A stretch of 33,362 nucleotides of DNA from a virus (Duplodnaviria > Heunggongvirae > Uroviricota > Caudoviricetes), in the IMG/VR virus record IMGVR_UViG_3300025018_000115, positions 1-33,362 of that record, one strand, 5' to 3'. Below are positions 33,146-33,362 of the stretch, in pieces. Position numbers and translations under genes: made by a program. The notes under the pieces are model-generated. The model was given only the letters and a program-made list of their open reading frames with translations, made no database searches and was not told where the DNA came from. Each line of letters starts with the position of its first letter. Positions within the stretch are counted from its first letter, which is position 1.

Positions 33146-33189
33146 AAATAATTGTCTTTAACATCAATTATTATTATCGTTATATTAAC

Positions 33190-33362
33190 ATGGCAGGAAC
33201 ATACCCTTATTACAACGAACCAACTCATGATCAGGGAAGTGCTACTACTCTTACTGCAGCAAATGCAGGACGAGATACAGCAGTATCTTCAGCTGAAGGA
33301 AGGTTGATCGTTGATGCAGTAGATAAAATCTTCCTACTTGAACCTAACAAGCACCCACTTGT
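33190..33362 (+). CDS. probable major capsid protein, N-terminus (truncated by the window edge)
   Basis: MAGTYPYY...RLIVDAVDKIFLLEPNKHPL; follows the scaffold gene; the D..DKI.LLEP...PL motif resembles SU10-like capsid N-termini. Confidence 0.7.
   Translation, partial: MAGTYPYYNEPTHDQGSATTLTAANAGRDTAVSSAEGRLIVDAVDKIFLLEPNKHPL

Noticed and set aside
14600-33362. Minus-strand ORFs in the ORF track over the rightward arm (e.g. 15447..15920, 22072..22425, 32560..32892)
   Set aside because: They are antisense shadows of well-supported plus-strand genes.
1-33362. Alternative genetic code (TAG or TGA recoding)
   Set aside because: Long conserved genes are intact in code 11, and TAG and TGA both serve as stops at sensible gene ends.
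1-33362. Prophage / att site or host genes
   Set aside because: No integrase, tRNA or housekeeping synteny in the window, so lifestyle cannot be determined.

Overview
This window is a 33.4 kb segment of an AT-rich tailed dsDNA phage (Caudoviricetes) genome. It has a podovirus-like portal/scaffold/capsid block. No integrase, replication genes, tRNA or rRNA were recognised. There are two divergent arms that switch at about 14.45-14.60 kb. The leftward arm carries many micro-ORFs, a DUF2828 (helical + vWA) protein, and a phiEco32-like peptide-ligase module (class I GATase, double Zn-ribbon, COOH-NH2 ligase type 2, class II GATase, HExxH protein). The rightward arm carries small hypothetical genes, RtcB, two MucR-like Zn-finger proteins, an XRE protein, HU, a 1057-aa probable internal virion protein, TerS/TerL, a NUMOD3-HNH endonuclease, portal, scaffold and the start of the major capsid protein. 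The most striking unexplained signals are non-coding: (i) three tandem hairpins with different but complementary 7-bp stems and an invariant ACAGCAA loop motif directly downstream of DUF2828, (ii) a 270-nt intergenic element closed by a perfect 21-bp inverted repeat, (iii) a ~130-nt multibranch element, and (iv) a CG/palindrome-rich island built on a repeated GCGTTACGCG motif. Together with RtcB, elements (i)-(iii) suggest a possible phage RNP / RNA-repair system; this is inference. All family calls come from motif recognition by eye, and no searches were run.
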